Assembly: GCA_010909165.1 (NCBI GenBank)
Contig: VJWM01000063.1
Coordinates: forward strand, 310,001-374,000
Direction: 5' to 3'
DNA from: Anthoceros angustus
Lineage: Eukaryota > Plantae > Anthocerotophyta
DNA: 64,000 nt
Made by a program: the position numbers and the translations under genes. Under the pieces are notes generated by a model. That model was not told the origin of the DNA. It ran no database searches and saw only the letters and a program-made list of their open reading frames with translations. The stretch's first letter is position 1. The number at the start of each line of letters is the position of its first letter. Positions 36,442-49,480 of this stretch are shown piece after piece.

Positions 36442-36593
36442 AGTACAAGATGTGGTAATTTGCATGTACAGGATCCTGGTGATGATCATTGCATATTGCT
36501 CTGTGATATAGATGTTATGATGGATGACACACTTATTGTTTAGAACCACCTTTAGAAGCAATGCCATAAGGACAACGGTTTTGTCTTATGTGC
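36442..36593 (+). pseudogene. PHD finger at the end of gypsy pol
   Basis: [S]TRCG..DDHCILLCD/RCYDG*HTYCLEPPLEAMP*GQRFCLMC* fits the C4HC3 PHD pattern. Confidence 0.8.
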
Positions 36594-37194
36594 ATAACAT
36601 TTGAAAAGTTGTGTTAAATTAAGTAATTGAGTAAGTAATTGATTATTAATCATGCTTACAAATGTGTTATTATGGGTAGATTAAGGGGGAGGGAGTGGAG
36701 AGACCCTTAAATTAGCATCATGATAAGAATACAAAGGAGAGAATCAGAGTATTCTTGTTGATATTGTATTACTAAAAATATGATAAGTCTATAGATTGTA
36801 AAAAGAAAATGCCACTAATATGGCGTAAGAAAAGGGGCCATTAAGATGACGTAAGAATAGACCACAAAGATGGCATAAGAAAAGTCCACAAAGGAGACAC
36901 CGAAAGATCGAAAAGGTTCCATACACAATCAGAGACCACTTCAGATGGCAAGAGACCGAAAAGGTGGCATAGTCTAAGAGTGCACTAAAAATTATTATGT
37001 ACATGGTACCATCATTAAGGACTGATCAGCCCAATGTAATAATATAAGATATCTTAAGGCAAGATTTGCTAAAGCACAACACCGTTCAAAACGCATGTTG
37101 TAAGACTCGTGTGTTTCTTGTAGTGCCTCTTGTTGAGAGCAAGAAAGAGTTCATCTTTTTGAACTCATTAGTATCTGGACCATTGGCCTCTACA

Positions 37195-39295
37195 ATTTGA
37201 ACTTTTCACTTCTTCTTAGACCTTGGCTGAGCTATTCACCCCCTTCTTCCTCTGGAGATTGCTGGTCATTGCTACACCTCCTGTCTCCACATCTTCAATG
37301 TGGGAATCTAAGTGTGCCCGCTTAATCCGTTCATCAGTTCTTTCGCAATGGCAAACCCAAGCCTTGCTTGATTGATCCCTATTGAGAATCACATCTTTTC
37401 CATTTTTCTTTTCAAACTCACACGATGCCGTCATTTTATATTTCACTGCCCGACCCTCCTCATCTCTCTGACATCCTTTAAATTTGAGGTCTGACGTCAA
37501 AGAAGTTGTAGATATGCTTGCAAGTCCCTCTTTTGGCTTTCCAGCTTCTTTCCCCATGACCTTTTGTTGCACTCGAAAAGAATCATCGATTTGACTGATG
37601 TTCATTTTTTATCTCTTGTGCACTCGGAAGGTGTTTACATAATTATTGTCTTGATAGGAGGACCTATCCACAGTGTCTTAGATGTCTACTTCGGGACCTT
37701 CATGAACTCCATCGGAAGGTACCTCAAGGATTGAGACAAAGGGGAAAGAAAACCTCCTTCAGGAAGATAACATGTCATCGTCTGCCATAGAGGAGTATAA
37801 CGTCAAGAAAATAATTGCAACGCAACCAATCATATAAAGCAAAGGATTTGACAAAGTGAATCTCGGGCACACAAAAGCTAACCTCAATCATCGACATCGG
37901 ACTCATGTCAGGGCTAAGGCAAAGATGATCGCCCCCATACTTATATCTCGAGCCCACATCATTATGTTTAGATTGAGCCACTGTGTTCTTCTCACCAGCT
38001 TCTTTGGCATTTTCTTCCATGTTGATTCGAAGTGTAAGCAGAGGAGCTTTGTGAGACTCGGGCTTATCAACAGACCTTTTAACCATGGGAGGTCCCTCAC
38101 CATACCCAACGTTTATTGAACCATTGTTGGCAGGCCCTAGGCCTGTAGGACCTGTGGACATTTTCCTTTGAGGCTTGATGGTCTAAAGTGAGTAAGACCA
38201 AGAGCTTATTAGAATGAAATCACATGTTTCCATGCACAATTTAGGTCATGCTTTGCAATTCCACAAGTCACTTAGAGTAAAGGGCCTATGGCAACATGGC
38301 TGAAAGCATGAGCCCCATGAGATCTTACCTCCATGCGAGCCTCAAGCAAAGCGCATCTGTCCGTAGTAGCGTTGGGAGCTTGGGATGCCAAAATCGAAGG
38401 CATTCTGACATAAGTAGGCAGAAAGGACCCGTAAATGCCAAACTTCAGTACTGCAAGAAGAGACCAAAAGTTGTCAATGAAGATTCCAAAAAACTTAAGG
38501 ACCCGGCCTCTTACAAAACACACAGAGACGACAAAGTCAAAATTCTAACTCAACGACACCCAAACTCATGTGAAGACTTCTCCAAACAAACAACGCACGT
38601 CTGCCTCGTTACACATGTACCGAGAGAGAAGACGCAGGCTGTGTGTTTAGAAAAAAATGTGAGCTCTTGTAAGAGCATGGAGCATCGCGTGAGCTCATGT
38701 GAGCTCACAGGAGCAGGAAAACAACCACCATAGGGCATGTGAGCTCACAGGAGCAGGAAAACAACCACCATAGGGCATAATCGACATGCTATGGTTTAGT
38801 AGGTTGAACAGCATGGAGGATGCATCTCAACTACTTGCTTGTGCAAACTTCTTGGCCTCACCACTACCAGGTTTCAGGGTGGAACGAGGAAAACCTCGAC
38901 GGTGCCAAATGGCCCCTTTACAAGAGCGCGACTCCAGCATAGGAGCAATTGCACACTTTAAAAGAAGCTTAAGGCATTTTCATCACTCAAACAATGACAC
39001 CAGGTTGCACAACATACGTTTGAATTGAGTAGCATCAACCACTCCAGTTGTGAAAAATTGCTTCCGTTGCTCCCCGAGTACAATTTCAAGCCGCTCATCC
39101 TGCACGCAAAACATGATGCAATCCTTACGTCAGTCCACAACTAGCTTGAGGGGGGCAGCAAATGGAGAGCATGCATTTTGTGCCGCACGCTGCACCTCGA
39201 CTTACTATCTTGGAGAAGAGGCCGCTAAGATCCACCAAGGGAGGTGTGGCCACCTCCCCTTCTTCAAGTTCCATGTCTTCTTCCATCTCTAAGAC
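37195..39295 (-). pseudogene. Inverted partial duplicate of the 5' part (41565-~43470) of the CW zinc-finger gene
   Basis: The reverse complement follows the exons and introns of the gene (MEEDMELEEGEV, KFGIYGSFLPT, KAPLLTLRI, SPMSMIEV, YLPEGG). It has deletions and a 40-bp tandem duplication (38697-38777), and is cut by the LTR at 37194. Confidence 0.88.
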
Positions 39296-39743
39296 CATCT
39301 TTTTGAAGTGCTCCCAAAGGAATGTTCAAAAAGTCTTCTATAAATATTTGCTATATAGGAGGCCTAGCTTGAAACATACATAGCTTCACAGACATCATAT
39401 ATATGTTGAGAAACTTTGGCTTTATAGTAGGCGCCTGCAAGAAGTTATTGAAGTTAGAAAGTATCGTAGGAGCCACCGGTTTTGGACACCTTAATGTGGA
39501 ATGATTGTTATTTTGAAAAAAAAAACAATTTCATCTCTGATGAATTTTTAATTTTTAATTTAATTTAAATATATATTATTTTTATAGATTTTGATAACAT
39601 ATCAAGTAATTAAGATAGTATGCATCCGTAGATAATTTCGCAATACCTCACAAACCATAAATTAATCCATCCCTTTGCTCTCCTGCTTCTTTTGATCAAT
39701 GTGGGTGATCTCCCATTCCTCACGATTGAGGTGTACTCCCCGC

Positions 39744-40078
39744 TCCTTGCGATGTCGTTTTTCTATTGAACTAAATTGAATTGAAAGAAGATCTCGTGCT
39801 TTATAGTCTCACACAAGGGAAACCGGTGCACCCTTAATCAACGAGGACTGACTCAAATTGTGCTTGAAAGGTAATCAGAAATTTAATTAATCTCCAACTT
39901 GATATCCGCATCCTTGCGATGTCGTTTTTTTATTGAACTAAATTGAACTGAAAGAAGATCTCTTGCTTTATAGTCTCACACAAGGGAAACCGGTGTGCCC
40001 TTCATCAGGGGGGATTGACCCAAACTGGGCTTTAAAAGTAATAAAAAATTTAATTAATCTCCAACTTGAAACCTGCAT
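39744..40078 (+). repeat. Direct tandem duplication, 167-bp period
   Basis: tccttgcgatgtcgtttt...aatctccaacttg starts at both 39744 and 39911. Confidence 0.9.
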
Positions 40079-41532
40079 CGTGGTTAGTTTTGTATTGTCA
40101 TGTTTCTAGAATAAGGTTCCAGAAAAATGTTAATTTTGAAATATATGCTCGTGCTTAGTTTCCCGATGTTTTAACTTAAAACTGCATTTCCACCTTAATG
40201 TGCCTGTATGGTCATGGCCCTAGTGCGCTGCTTAAACATGGCCAGGTGACCATGACACCTAAACCCTAAGTACGCATGCATAGCCACCTTAATGCACCAA
40301 TATGCCGGGGCATTAGGCGTCAATCATGGTACCAATGAAATTATTTATAATAGTACCATTTTAAAAATACAAGTGCATTAGAATTATTTAAAATAGTACC
40401 AATTTTAAAATATAAGCACATAGCTACCTTAATGCTCCGATAATTCTTAACATCATTGGCACCATGATTGACACTTAATGCGCTGGCATGCACATTGCTA
40501 TACTGACGCGCACCATGGGGGCGCATCAAGTATGCACCGTGTCGGTTATCGGCAGCAAGCACAATGATACGCCCCTAGCATAATAATATAAATTAGTTTT
40601 TATATATTCATAATAGATATCAATTGTAGAATTATGATGATAATATATCGTCTACTATTTCATTGATACATATGAAAATAAAAAAATATATAAAGACTAT
40701 TTGTACACATGTGGACCCTAAGCTTAAAGGTTCTATATACAAGGCTTCACATACCGATTATCAAATTTAGCTATCAAATTTAGCTATTTGCCCCCGTAGC
40801 TGGTCGGACGACGTAACATTATAGGTGCAATGAACCAGTTTTAACACATAGTTCTTAACTTATATGTAAGAAGTTACTCCTTTTTGTTAACTATGTCTAC
40901 TTATTCTATAGATTTTTCTTATTTGAATAACTTCTGGCAGTTGCCATTTATGGAGTAAAAGTTTAAATTAAGACTTCTTGGCTCTCTGGTATTTATTTTG
41001 GATATGTATATACATGAAGGCTCTCATATATTTTATTCCCAACATGCACCTGTCTGAAGTTATGCATGAAACTATTTAAACATGTTTACTTAATTTGTAG
41101 TAGTTAAACCTATCTACTTAGTTTGTAGATTATCCTCATTTTATTTTTACTTTACTTGCAGCGACCTATTATCTATATAGTAGAAGTTATATTTAAATTA
41201 TTTTTTCAATCAGATATTCTATTCTCAATTTCATGTAGGTTCTATACTAAAATGTTCTTTAGTGTTGCTATACTAACATGGTCCTAGGTTTTTATATCAT
41301 GCCATCTAGTATATATTATTAATTAGGGTGTAATTATTTTGTATATAAATGACGAGTTTGTGCGAAAGCTTTTGCTTCCGGTCGTCCTAAGATTGCAGCC
41401 ATTGATGGTTTTTACGAGAGGGTCCGGACACGGGTGCGGCTAGGCCCAGGCGCAAAACACAAACACGAGCGGGGTCGCCCTTTGGCCCTTCGGGGGATGC
41501 GATCCCTCCACATGACTCAGGCCTGATAGTCC

Positions 41533-44500
41533 ATGGCTCTCCTGCTGGTGAGCGAGGATGAAGATGCCTTAGAGATGGAGGAGGACACAGAGCTTGAGGA
41601 AGGGGAGGCGGGGATGTCTCCCTTGGTGGATCCGACCGGCTTCTCCTCCAATATAGTAAGCTCAGAGGCGCAGCGCGCGGCACGGAATGCTTGCTCTCCA
41701 TCTGGTGCTGCCCTCAAGCTAGCTGTGGACTGACGCAAGGATTGCTCACTCCTATCCTGTTTTGCGTGCAGGATGAGAGGCTTGAAACAGTACTCGGGGA
41801 GCAGCAACGCCAGTTTTTCACAGCTGGCGTGGTTGATGCCGCTCAATTGGGTATGTTGCGCAACCTGGTGTCATTGTTTGAGTGACGGAGATGCCTTCTT
41901 AAACTGCGCGATTGCTCCTATGCTGGAGTCGCGCTCTTGTGAAGGGCCCATTTTTTGCCCTCGAGGTTTTCCCTTGTTTCACCTTGAAACCTGGCAGTGG
42001 TGAGGCCATAGAGTTTGCACAAGCAGGCAGCTGAGATGCATCCTCCACGCTGTTCAGCCTGCTGAACCATGGCATGCAAACTGTGCCCTACGGTGGTTGT
42101 TTTCCTGCTCCTGTGAGCTCATGTACCGAGGCAGACGCGCTCTCTGTGTTTGGAGAAGTCTTGATATGAGTTTGGGTGTCGCTGAGACAGAATTTCGACT
42201 TTGTCGTCTGTTTGCGTTAGAGTAAGAGGCCGGATCCTTTAAATCTTTGGAATCCCCATTGACAACTTTTGGTCTCTTCCTGCAGGAGCTAAGTTTGGTG
42301 CTTACGGTTCCTTCCTGCCTACTCAAGTCAGGATGCCTTCGGTTTTTGCGTCCCAGGCACCTGACGGTGCTATAGGCAGACGCGCTTTGCCTGACGCTCA
42401 CGTGGAGGTAAGATCTCCTGGGGCTCATGCTTTCGGCCATGTTGCCAGAGGCCCGTTACTGTGAGTAGCTTATGGATTTGCAAAGCATGACATGGGCTTT
42501 GTATGGAAAGATGCGATTTATCATTGTAATTAGCTCTTGGTCTTGCTCATTTCAGACCATGAGGCCTCAAAGGAACCTGTCCAGAGTGCCTGGCACCAGC
42601 AGTGGTCCAATGCCTGTCGGGAATGGTGAGGGGCCTCCCAGGGTTAATGGGTCTGTTGAGAAGCCCGAGTCTCTCATAGCTCCTCTGCTTACACTTCGAT
42701 TCAAGATGGGACAAAATGCCAAAGAAGCTGGTCAAAAAAGCATTGTGGCTCAATCTAATAAAGACTTGGGCTTGGGACCAGAGTCTGGGGGTGATCATCT
42801 TGGCACCAGCCCCGATAGGAGTCCAATGTCAATGATCCAGGTCAGCTTGTGAGTCTGAACTTCGTTTTTTGGTCAGATCCTCTGCAATCAGTGGTTGGTT
42901 GTGTTGCCATTATCTTCTTGACTCTGTACTCCTCTGTGGCAGACAATGACACGTTATCTTCCTGAGGGAGGTCTTATTTCCCCTTTGTCTCAATCCTTGT
43001 GTGACCTTCCGAAGGAGTTCCTGATGGTTCGGGAGTTGACATCCGAGACACTGTTGATGGGTCCTCCTATTAAGGCAGATAATCATGTAAACACCTTCCG
43101 AGTGGACCAGAGAAATGAAAATGAATGCCAGTCAGGGGATTCTTTTCCGGAGCAACAGAAGGTCACTAACAAAGATACTGGAAAGCAAATAAAAGTATCT
43201 GCAAGCACATCTAGAGCTTATTTAAAATCAGACCTCAAAGGAGGTCAGAGAGATGGGGCCGAGAAATATGAAATGGGGGCATTGGGTGAGTCTGGAAAAA
43301 AATGTGGTAAAGAGGTGCTTTCCTTCAGGGATTCAGCAAGGCCCGGGATTAAGCGGGTAAACATAGATAGCCATACTGAGGATGCAAGGGGGGCAGGTTG
43401 TAGCAACTTGGGAAATAGTGTACATAAGCAGGTGGGATCCTCAGATCATGCAAAGAAGTTGAAGGATTCTGGGAGGGGGTCAAAGTTGTCCCTTGAACAC
43501 AAAGTTGACAGGCCGCATGAAGCATCTAGGCAGGCGCAGAATGATGGTCAGTCAGGCCAAGGATCTGTAGCAGCGATTTATGAAGAGAAGGAGAAGGTTG
43601 CTGCAAAGGACTTAAATGTGGCGGCCCGGAAAAAGCTAAAGCTGTCTGCCAAAGGTAGTGCGCCTGCGAAACAAGCAAGCAAAGAGTTATCAGCTGATGC
43701 TTGCAATGAAACACCTCATGACCTTGTTGCAGAACAAACACATCGGACCCTGAAGGGAAAGGAATTGCCGAGTGACAGCAGTTTTAAAAAAACTTTCTCT
43801 GCTCAAGATCTTCTCGTGGACATTCCCAAGATGCAGAAAGAGCTGCAAGGGCCACCTGTTCATGCGGAATACTCAGAACACAAGGGCAGACGAGAAATCA
43901 CTGAAGTTGTTGGTGCCAAGGACAGTTCGAGAGGAGTAAAGCCAAGGAAGAAGACAAATAAGGAAGTGACTTTGTCTTCACACAAAGAGGGTGAAAATGG
44001 TGCACGAGCTAAAGTGGATGTGGCTTTCGAGCTTGCATTTTCTGAGCAGGCCACTAGGATCCATGCTGGGCCTGCACCTCTGTCTCATGCTTTCGAAGCT
44101 GGAGAAGCAGGTGGTCCTCCAATTGTAGTTTCGTATGACCAATGGGTGTGCTGTGAGGCTTGCGAAAAATGGCGCCTTGCTGTTCCCTGGGTAAAGGTTG
44201 AGGACCTCCCGAATAATTGGAAGTGTGAAATGATGTATTGGCTGTAAGTCCTTGTCCCAGTGCAGATTATCTAGGCTTCCTGTTTCTCTTGGCTCAGTAG
44301 GAATTGGGGGCTCAAAACTCTGTTCATTTTCTTTTTCTCTTCTGTTTATCTCTGCACTTATTGGTCTGTTGTGTGATCTTATGTGCATCAAGCAGACCGG
44401 GCAAGAATGACTGCACTGTGGAAGAAGATGTTACAACAGCTGCTGTCTATGCACTTCTTGGAGTAGCTCCTGTAAATCCGGGTGGCCAAGTTGATGCTGG

Positions 44501-47500
44501 GCAATCTCTGTTACAGTCTGTCCCTCTACCAAAAGACACAGCCTCAGGGGAAGAGGGCAAGCTAGGCAAGACAAAGGCACCTCTGCTTAAGAAGGGTCCT
44601 ACTGGAAAGGCGTCTCCTGGGAGTGGGACTGCTGCGCCGTTGGTAAAGAAGGGCGATGGGTCCTCCATGAAGTCTAAGAGCCTGAACGGTGCAATACAGC
44701 AACCTCAGGATCACGCCCCTGTTGGTCGACATCAAAATGTAGGTAGGAAAGGGGATCTGGGGCTTTCAAAGGTGGATACAAGAAAGGAACAGCCTAGGCG
44801 AATTCTGGGGATTGAAGGTACTTCGTTGTGCCAGACATGCCGGAAGTCAAAGTCTTTTTGATTTGATGGGTCTTAAAAGCTTGAGCGCTGTGTAACTGTT
44901 TGTTCTGTCTTGCATGTGCCATGTCTGGATTGAATTGGCATGCCATTTAGATCTAAGATGTGTGTTCCTTCTAGGTGAGGAATCTCGCGCAACAAAAGAA
45001 CGAGTCAGGAAGGAGGAGCTAACTGACTTGTCAGTGGAGGACACTGATTCTTCTTGCAGAAGTGGAGCTGAGAAACATGGACACCTGACCCTGCCAGGCC
45101 AAGGAAAGAAGGACACAACGAAAAGGTGTAAAGATGCGCAGAAGAGGAAATTTCAGGGCAAAAGGAAGACAGAAGTTGCTGAGAACTCTGCAGAGGTCCC
45201 CCCTGCTAAGAAGGCAAAGTGTGAGACGTCGAGGAGTAAGGAGCTTGGTGGAAGAGTGCAGGATGATGCTATTCATCGTTCACCCATGCAAAATGAATCT
45301 GCTGAAGATGCCGAGCATTCTCGGAAGATGGCCTGTTCATCCAGGAAAACTATCACTGTGTCAAGGATGAAAGAGGCTTCCAAGGGCTCTAGCAAGGCTG
45401 TTGAAATTGCCACAGACTATGATGACAGGTCCAAAAGGGAGGCATTACTGAAGGACGTAAAGCATTCATCTGGAACCGGTGGAGACAGGGGGTGCAGCAA
45501 TGATCGGCGATCTCTGAAGGAAGAAGGTGGTGAATCTCAGCCAAGGTCTGGGAAGAAGCGAAAAGTTCCAATTGTAGAGACCAGGGATCCTGATTTTAAG
45601 AACTCAAAAAGGAGAACTCTTTCTAGCTCTCAACAGGAGGCCGTACAAGAAGTGTTTGTTTTGCAGCAAGTGCAAGACTCTGATGATCCTGGAAAGGCAG
45701 GCAACAAGATGCAAACCCTCAGCAGAAGTCGGTGCGAGGCAGGAAATGATACTGAGGGGCAAGGTATGTCAACCTCAACCAATTTGAGGTTCTCTAAACC
45801 ATCGTCATCTTCGAAGTCCTCAGCGAGTCTGTCTAAAGGGAGAGGGTCTCCAATTGAGTCTACAGTGTCCTCATCTCCCTTGCGCTCACCCAAAGCAGAT
45901 GACAGACTGGGCCGGGAGGCTGAGTTGGCTGTTGACATGATGGATACTCATTATCTTCCTTTACACTCAAGTCCTAAAAGGTCCATTGACCGTGCGGCTG
46001 ATGCTCAGAGTGACCGATCAGGCCCAGTTGGGCAATCACATAGGTCTTGGGATGATCGGCCCCTTTCTTCGGATCATGACCTGGAGTACAGAGGATCAGG
46101 CCGGGATGTGAGCATTGGCAGGGGTAGGGAGGATCGCTATCCCAGCATGCAGGGTGGGGATGGCTTCCGGCGCACCTGGAGGGACGACGAGCGTTATTGG
46201 GATGAACACAGGGATGGCCGTGGGGGCAATGTAGCCTATTTTGCAGAGCGCCATGAAAGAGTACATGAGGACAGGTATAGAGAGCGCGAAGGCAGTTTGG
46301 ACAGGTACAGAGACCTGTCAAGGGATGGTCGATATGAGAGACAAAAGGGCAGGGATGACAGATTCCGGGACAGGGATAGGGACAGAGAGCGAGACCGTGA
46401 TAGGGTGCGAGAAAATTGGTCGTCGGAAAGAGGGGAAGACAGGTATGGTCGGGAGCGGGGTACCAGGGAAGACTGGGTGAGGCCATCTTCTCGAGAGAGC
46501 AGGCTTGATAAAGTTGGGGGCTCTCATTGGATTGAATCCAGCAGAGAGCAATTGCGTGATGAAAGGAGGGGAGAAGATGGAACGTGTGATGGCAAACATG
46601 ATGTGAAGTCTAAGAGTCCTGGTCGAGATGTGGGACAGCAAGATCCAGAGGGGAATTCCTTCCAGCAGCCCAGTGATTCAAAAGCTTTGAATCAAAGACA
46701 AGACAAGAATCTTTCCAAGTCAGTATCCACTTGGCAATCTCCGTTTCGGAGTGGGATGCATTGGGAGGGTGACAGGAGAGTATTGAGAAAAGATGTTGAA
46801 GCAGGTTTGGGGAGGAATGCTGCTGACACTGTACCTAGTGTGGATGCTGTTCTTGAAAGTGGTAAGGGCATTCGGATTAAGGGTGACAGCTCTGCAGCTG
46901 ACACATCAAAACGTAGCAGAGAGCAGGTTAGAAGTATTGAAGATGCCACTCAATCTAGGAAACTCCAAGGGAAGGGAGCTGCTGGAAACGCCCAACCGGC
47001 CAAAGACTCAGAGGGAGCAGCTGGAAGCCATGCAAAGGAGCATACTCAGGCAGTGAGTGCAGCTATTGCCTCACAACGTGAGGGTGCGGATTTGAAACAC
47101 AGTGCTGACCGAATGAAGGTTAGCCCCTTCCGCTTGGGTGTGAGGCAGATGCTGAACATTCTTAAAGGGAGCAAAACAAGAGATGTACAGACAGATGACA
47201 ACAACAGTCGTACTTGAGCAAAATGAGAGATTTAGAAATGCTGACAGGAATTTGTGTGTGTACAGCATCTTGGGCAGGAACGTGAAAGCACAGACCTCTA
47301 TTTGCGTGCAGCCTTGAAGTTTTTGCAAGCAGCATATCTGCATGAGCCAGTGCATGCCGAGGCTGCAAAGCTGGGAGAGTTCACTCTCTCAATCAAGCTG
47401 TATCAGGACACTGCCAAGCTATGCGAGTAGGTTTTTTTTTTTAAATCTTGGCATGACACTAAAATTGGAAGGACGTCTGCTGATGTTCATCACTGCTCCT

Positions 47501-48493
47501 CATCTAACAGGTACTGTGCTAGTTCATATGAACGAGGAGGACCAAGAAATCTCCCAGCGGCTGCACTTGCCCACAGGTGTGCAGCGGTAGCCCGTATGCG
47601 GGTTTTGATGGCGAAGAAAGAGTGCTCGACTCGGGATCGTCGAGAACTCCAAGCCTTGCTCCAGCCGACGACCCAAGTGCCGGCATTGGGAGGGTTGCAC
47701 ACAGGACGAGGTGGTGCAGAGAACCCTTCGCTGGCTCTTAACGCTGCTGCAGGTAACATCATGTCCACATTACTGATTTGCCATCATGGAGATGTTGAGC
47801 GTTGGTCATATGGATTTGGAAGGTTGCAAGTGGACCGTTATGTATACTTCTGGCTTGAACGGTGATGGTGGAGTGGCTTCTCAGCTCTCTAGTGGGTCGA
47901 GCAGAAGTATGTATGTAGTCTGAAACAGGGATTCCTTAAGATAAGGAGCTGAATGATTGGCTCGTTGTGCAGATGGATCACCGTCCTCGTCGTCTGCATC
48001 AGACGTGGATAACCTCAATATGAATAATCAGTCCTCAGGAGGTGATAAGGGACCATGCACAGATAAAGGATCTGTGCTGGAGCCCCCTTTGCCGATATCA
48101 GCTACACCAAGTGGTTATTCAATCTCCACCCATGCACAGCAGAGTTTGACTCGGATGATGCAAGACGTATACTCTCTCGCTCTGACTGTGTCCTTATGGG
48201 TTGCGTTTTAGTATGTGTTAGACCTGCCTGCCCGTCTGCCTTCCTGTCTGGCCGATCCTTGACTTACAAGTGGATGTATTTGTGTCTTACAGGCCACTGA
48301 CGTACATGCAGCGCTCGAAGCGCTGGGCAAGGCGGCACAGGCTACTGCTGCTGCAATAGCGGGCTGTGCTAGTGATGCCGCCGAATTGGAGGCCATGAAC
48401 GCTGTGAAGAAGGTCGGGGAGGATTTCTGTTTTGGTGATTTGGAAGCTACTATTCGGCTGGTGAGGTTGGCCTTAGAGGCTATCGATCATTGA
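41533..48493 (+). CDS. CW-type zinc-finger protein (CWZF3/5/7 family, At3g62900-like) with C-terminal THD-like helical domain
   Basis: N-terminal ELEEGEA..DERLETVLG..AKFGAYGSFLPT, SPMSMIQ, CW domain DQWVCCEACEKWRL..LPNNWKCEMMYWL|PGKNDC, ESTVSSSPLR, ADLKHSADRMK and C-terminal DFCFGDLEATIRLVRLALEAIDH* (TGA 48491-48493). The start is either 41533 or 41575. Confidence 0.92.
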
Positions 48494-48888
48494 TCTCCGC
48501 ATTGTGATGAATAAAAAGTCTTTTCATTTATCATTGGAGCGCAAGGATCTATATTTTATGTGTTGATGCAAAGATGTTCAGGGCTGCCTGGACTATGTAC
48601 TCAATCGATTTGTGTGAAATCTCATGTAATTCTTTCTTGGAAATTGGCTGTTGAAATCTCTGACATGAGTACTCCGCGGGCCCTGACGTTTGGAGCTGAT
48701 CTAGATGAGTCACAGTCTCAACCTTGCAGTCCTTTCAAGCTAACAGCCCTACCTACCAGTGGTTAGCATTGTTTTGCATTACATCTAGGTACACTTCTTA
48801 GCATGACAAGTATGACGACAAGTGGTTAGCATTGTTTTGCAATACACCTGGCACAGCTTCTTGGCATGATAAGCATGACGATAGGTAG

Positions 48889-49480
48889 CTGGCTTGAGGG
48901 GTAGTATAACTATCCTCTTTAGGGGTAGTGGTAGGTGGCTTGAGGGGTAGTATAACTATCATCTTTAGGGGTAGTATAACCCAACTGGCTTGAGGTGTAG
49001 TATAACCATCATTAGGGGTAGTATAACCAATTGGCTTGAGGGATAGTATAAACATCATCTCGAGGGGTAATATAACCAACAACACAACAAACAGGCGGCT
49101 TAAGGAATAGTATAATCTACATCACTAATCAACATCATGGCAAATAGGCGGTTTGAGGGATAGCACAATGAACATGAGGGATAGTATAACCAACATCAGC
49201 GTAGTATAACCAATATAAGTATAACCAACATAACGGGTAGTATAACCAACATCACTAACCAACATCACGACAAACAGGCGGCTTGAGGGGTAGTGTAACC
49301 AACATCACAACCAACAGGCGGATTGAAGAGTTAGTATAACCAGCATCGCGACAAATAGGCGGCATGATGGGTAGTATAACCAACGTCGCGACAAATAGGC
49401 AGACAAGTGGCTTGAGGGATAGTATAACCAGCATCGCGACAAAGAGGGAGGCAGGCGGCTTGAGGGGTAGTATAACCAAC
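48889..49480. repeat. Minisatellite built on GGCTTGAGGGGTAGTATAACCAACATC, resuming at ~50260-50365
   Basis: Many imperfect 25-55 bp units sharing the GTAGTATAACC core. Confidence 0.9.

Larger units (their letters stand above)
35440..37194 (+). mobile_element. Ty3/gypsy 3' part: integrase (internally deleted) with C-terminal PHD finger, PPT and 3' LTR
   Basis: HEDLGHF..YYWKG..CEIC (HHCC), RWSLDL and KFEVGYYVYL..LEGKDG. PHD at 36442-36593. PPT AAGGGGGAGGGAG at 36683-36695. LTR TGGAGAG...CTCTACA at 36696-37194. Confidence 0.85.

Noticed and set aside
38296-38733. Pair of similar ORFs MAESMSP.. (38296 + and 42440 -) as a new gene family
   Set aside because: Both are antisense shadows of a CW-ZF exon and its inverted duplicate.
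44914-47217. 767-aa RD/RE-rich ORF as a separate SR-like protein
   Set aside because: It is a large internal exon of the CW zinc-finger gene, bounded by splice sites.
48889-49480. Repeat-spacer-like array resembling CRISPR
   Set aside because: Units are degenerate, the spacers are themselves repetitive, there are no cas genes and the context is eukaryotic; it is a minisatellite.
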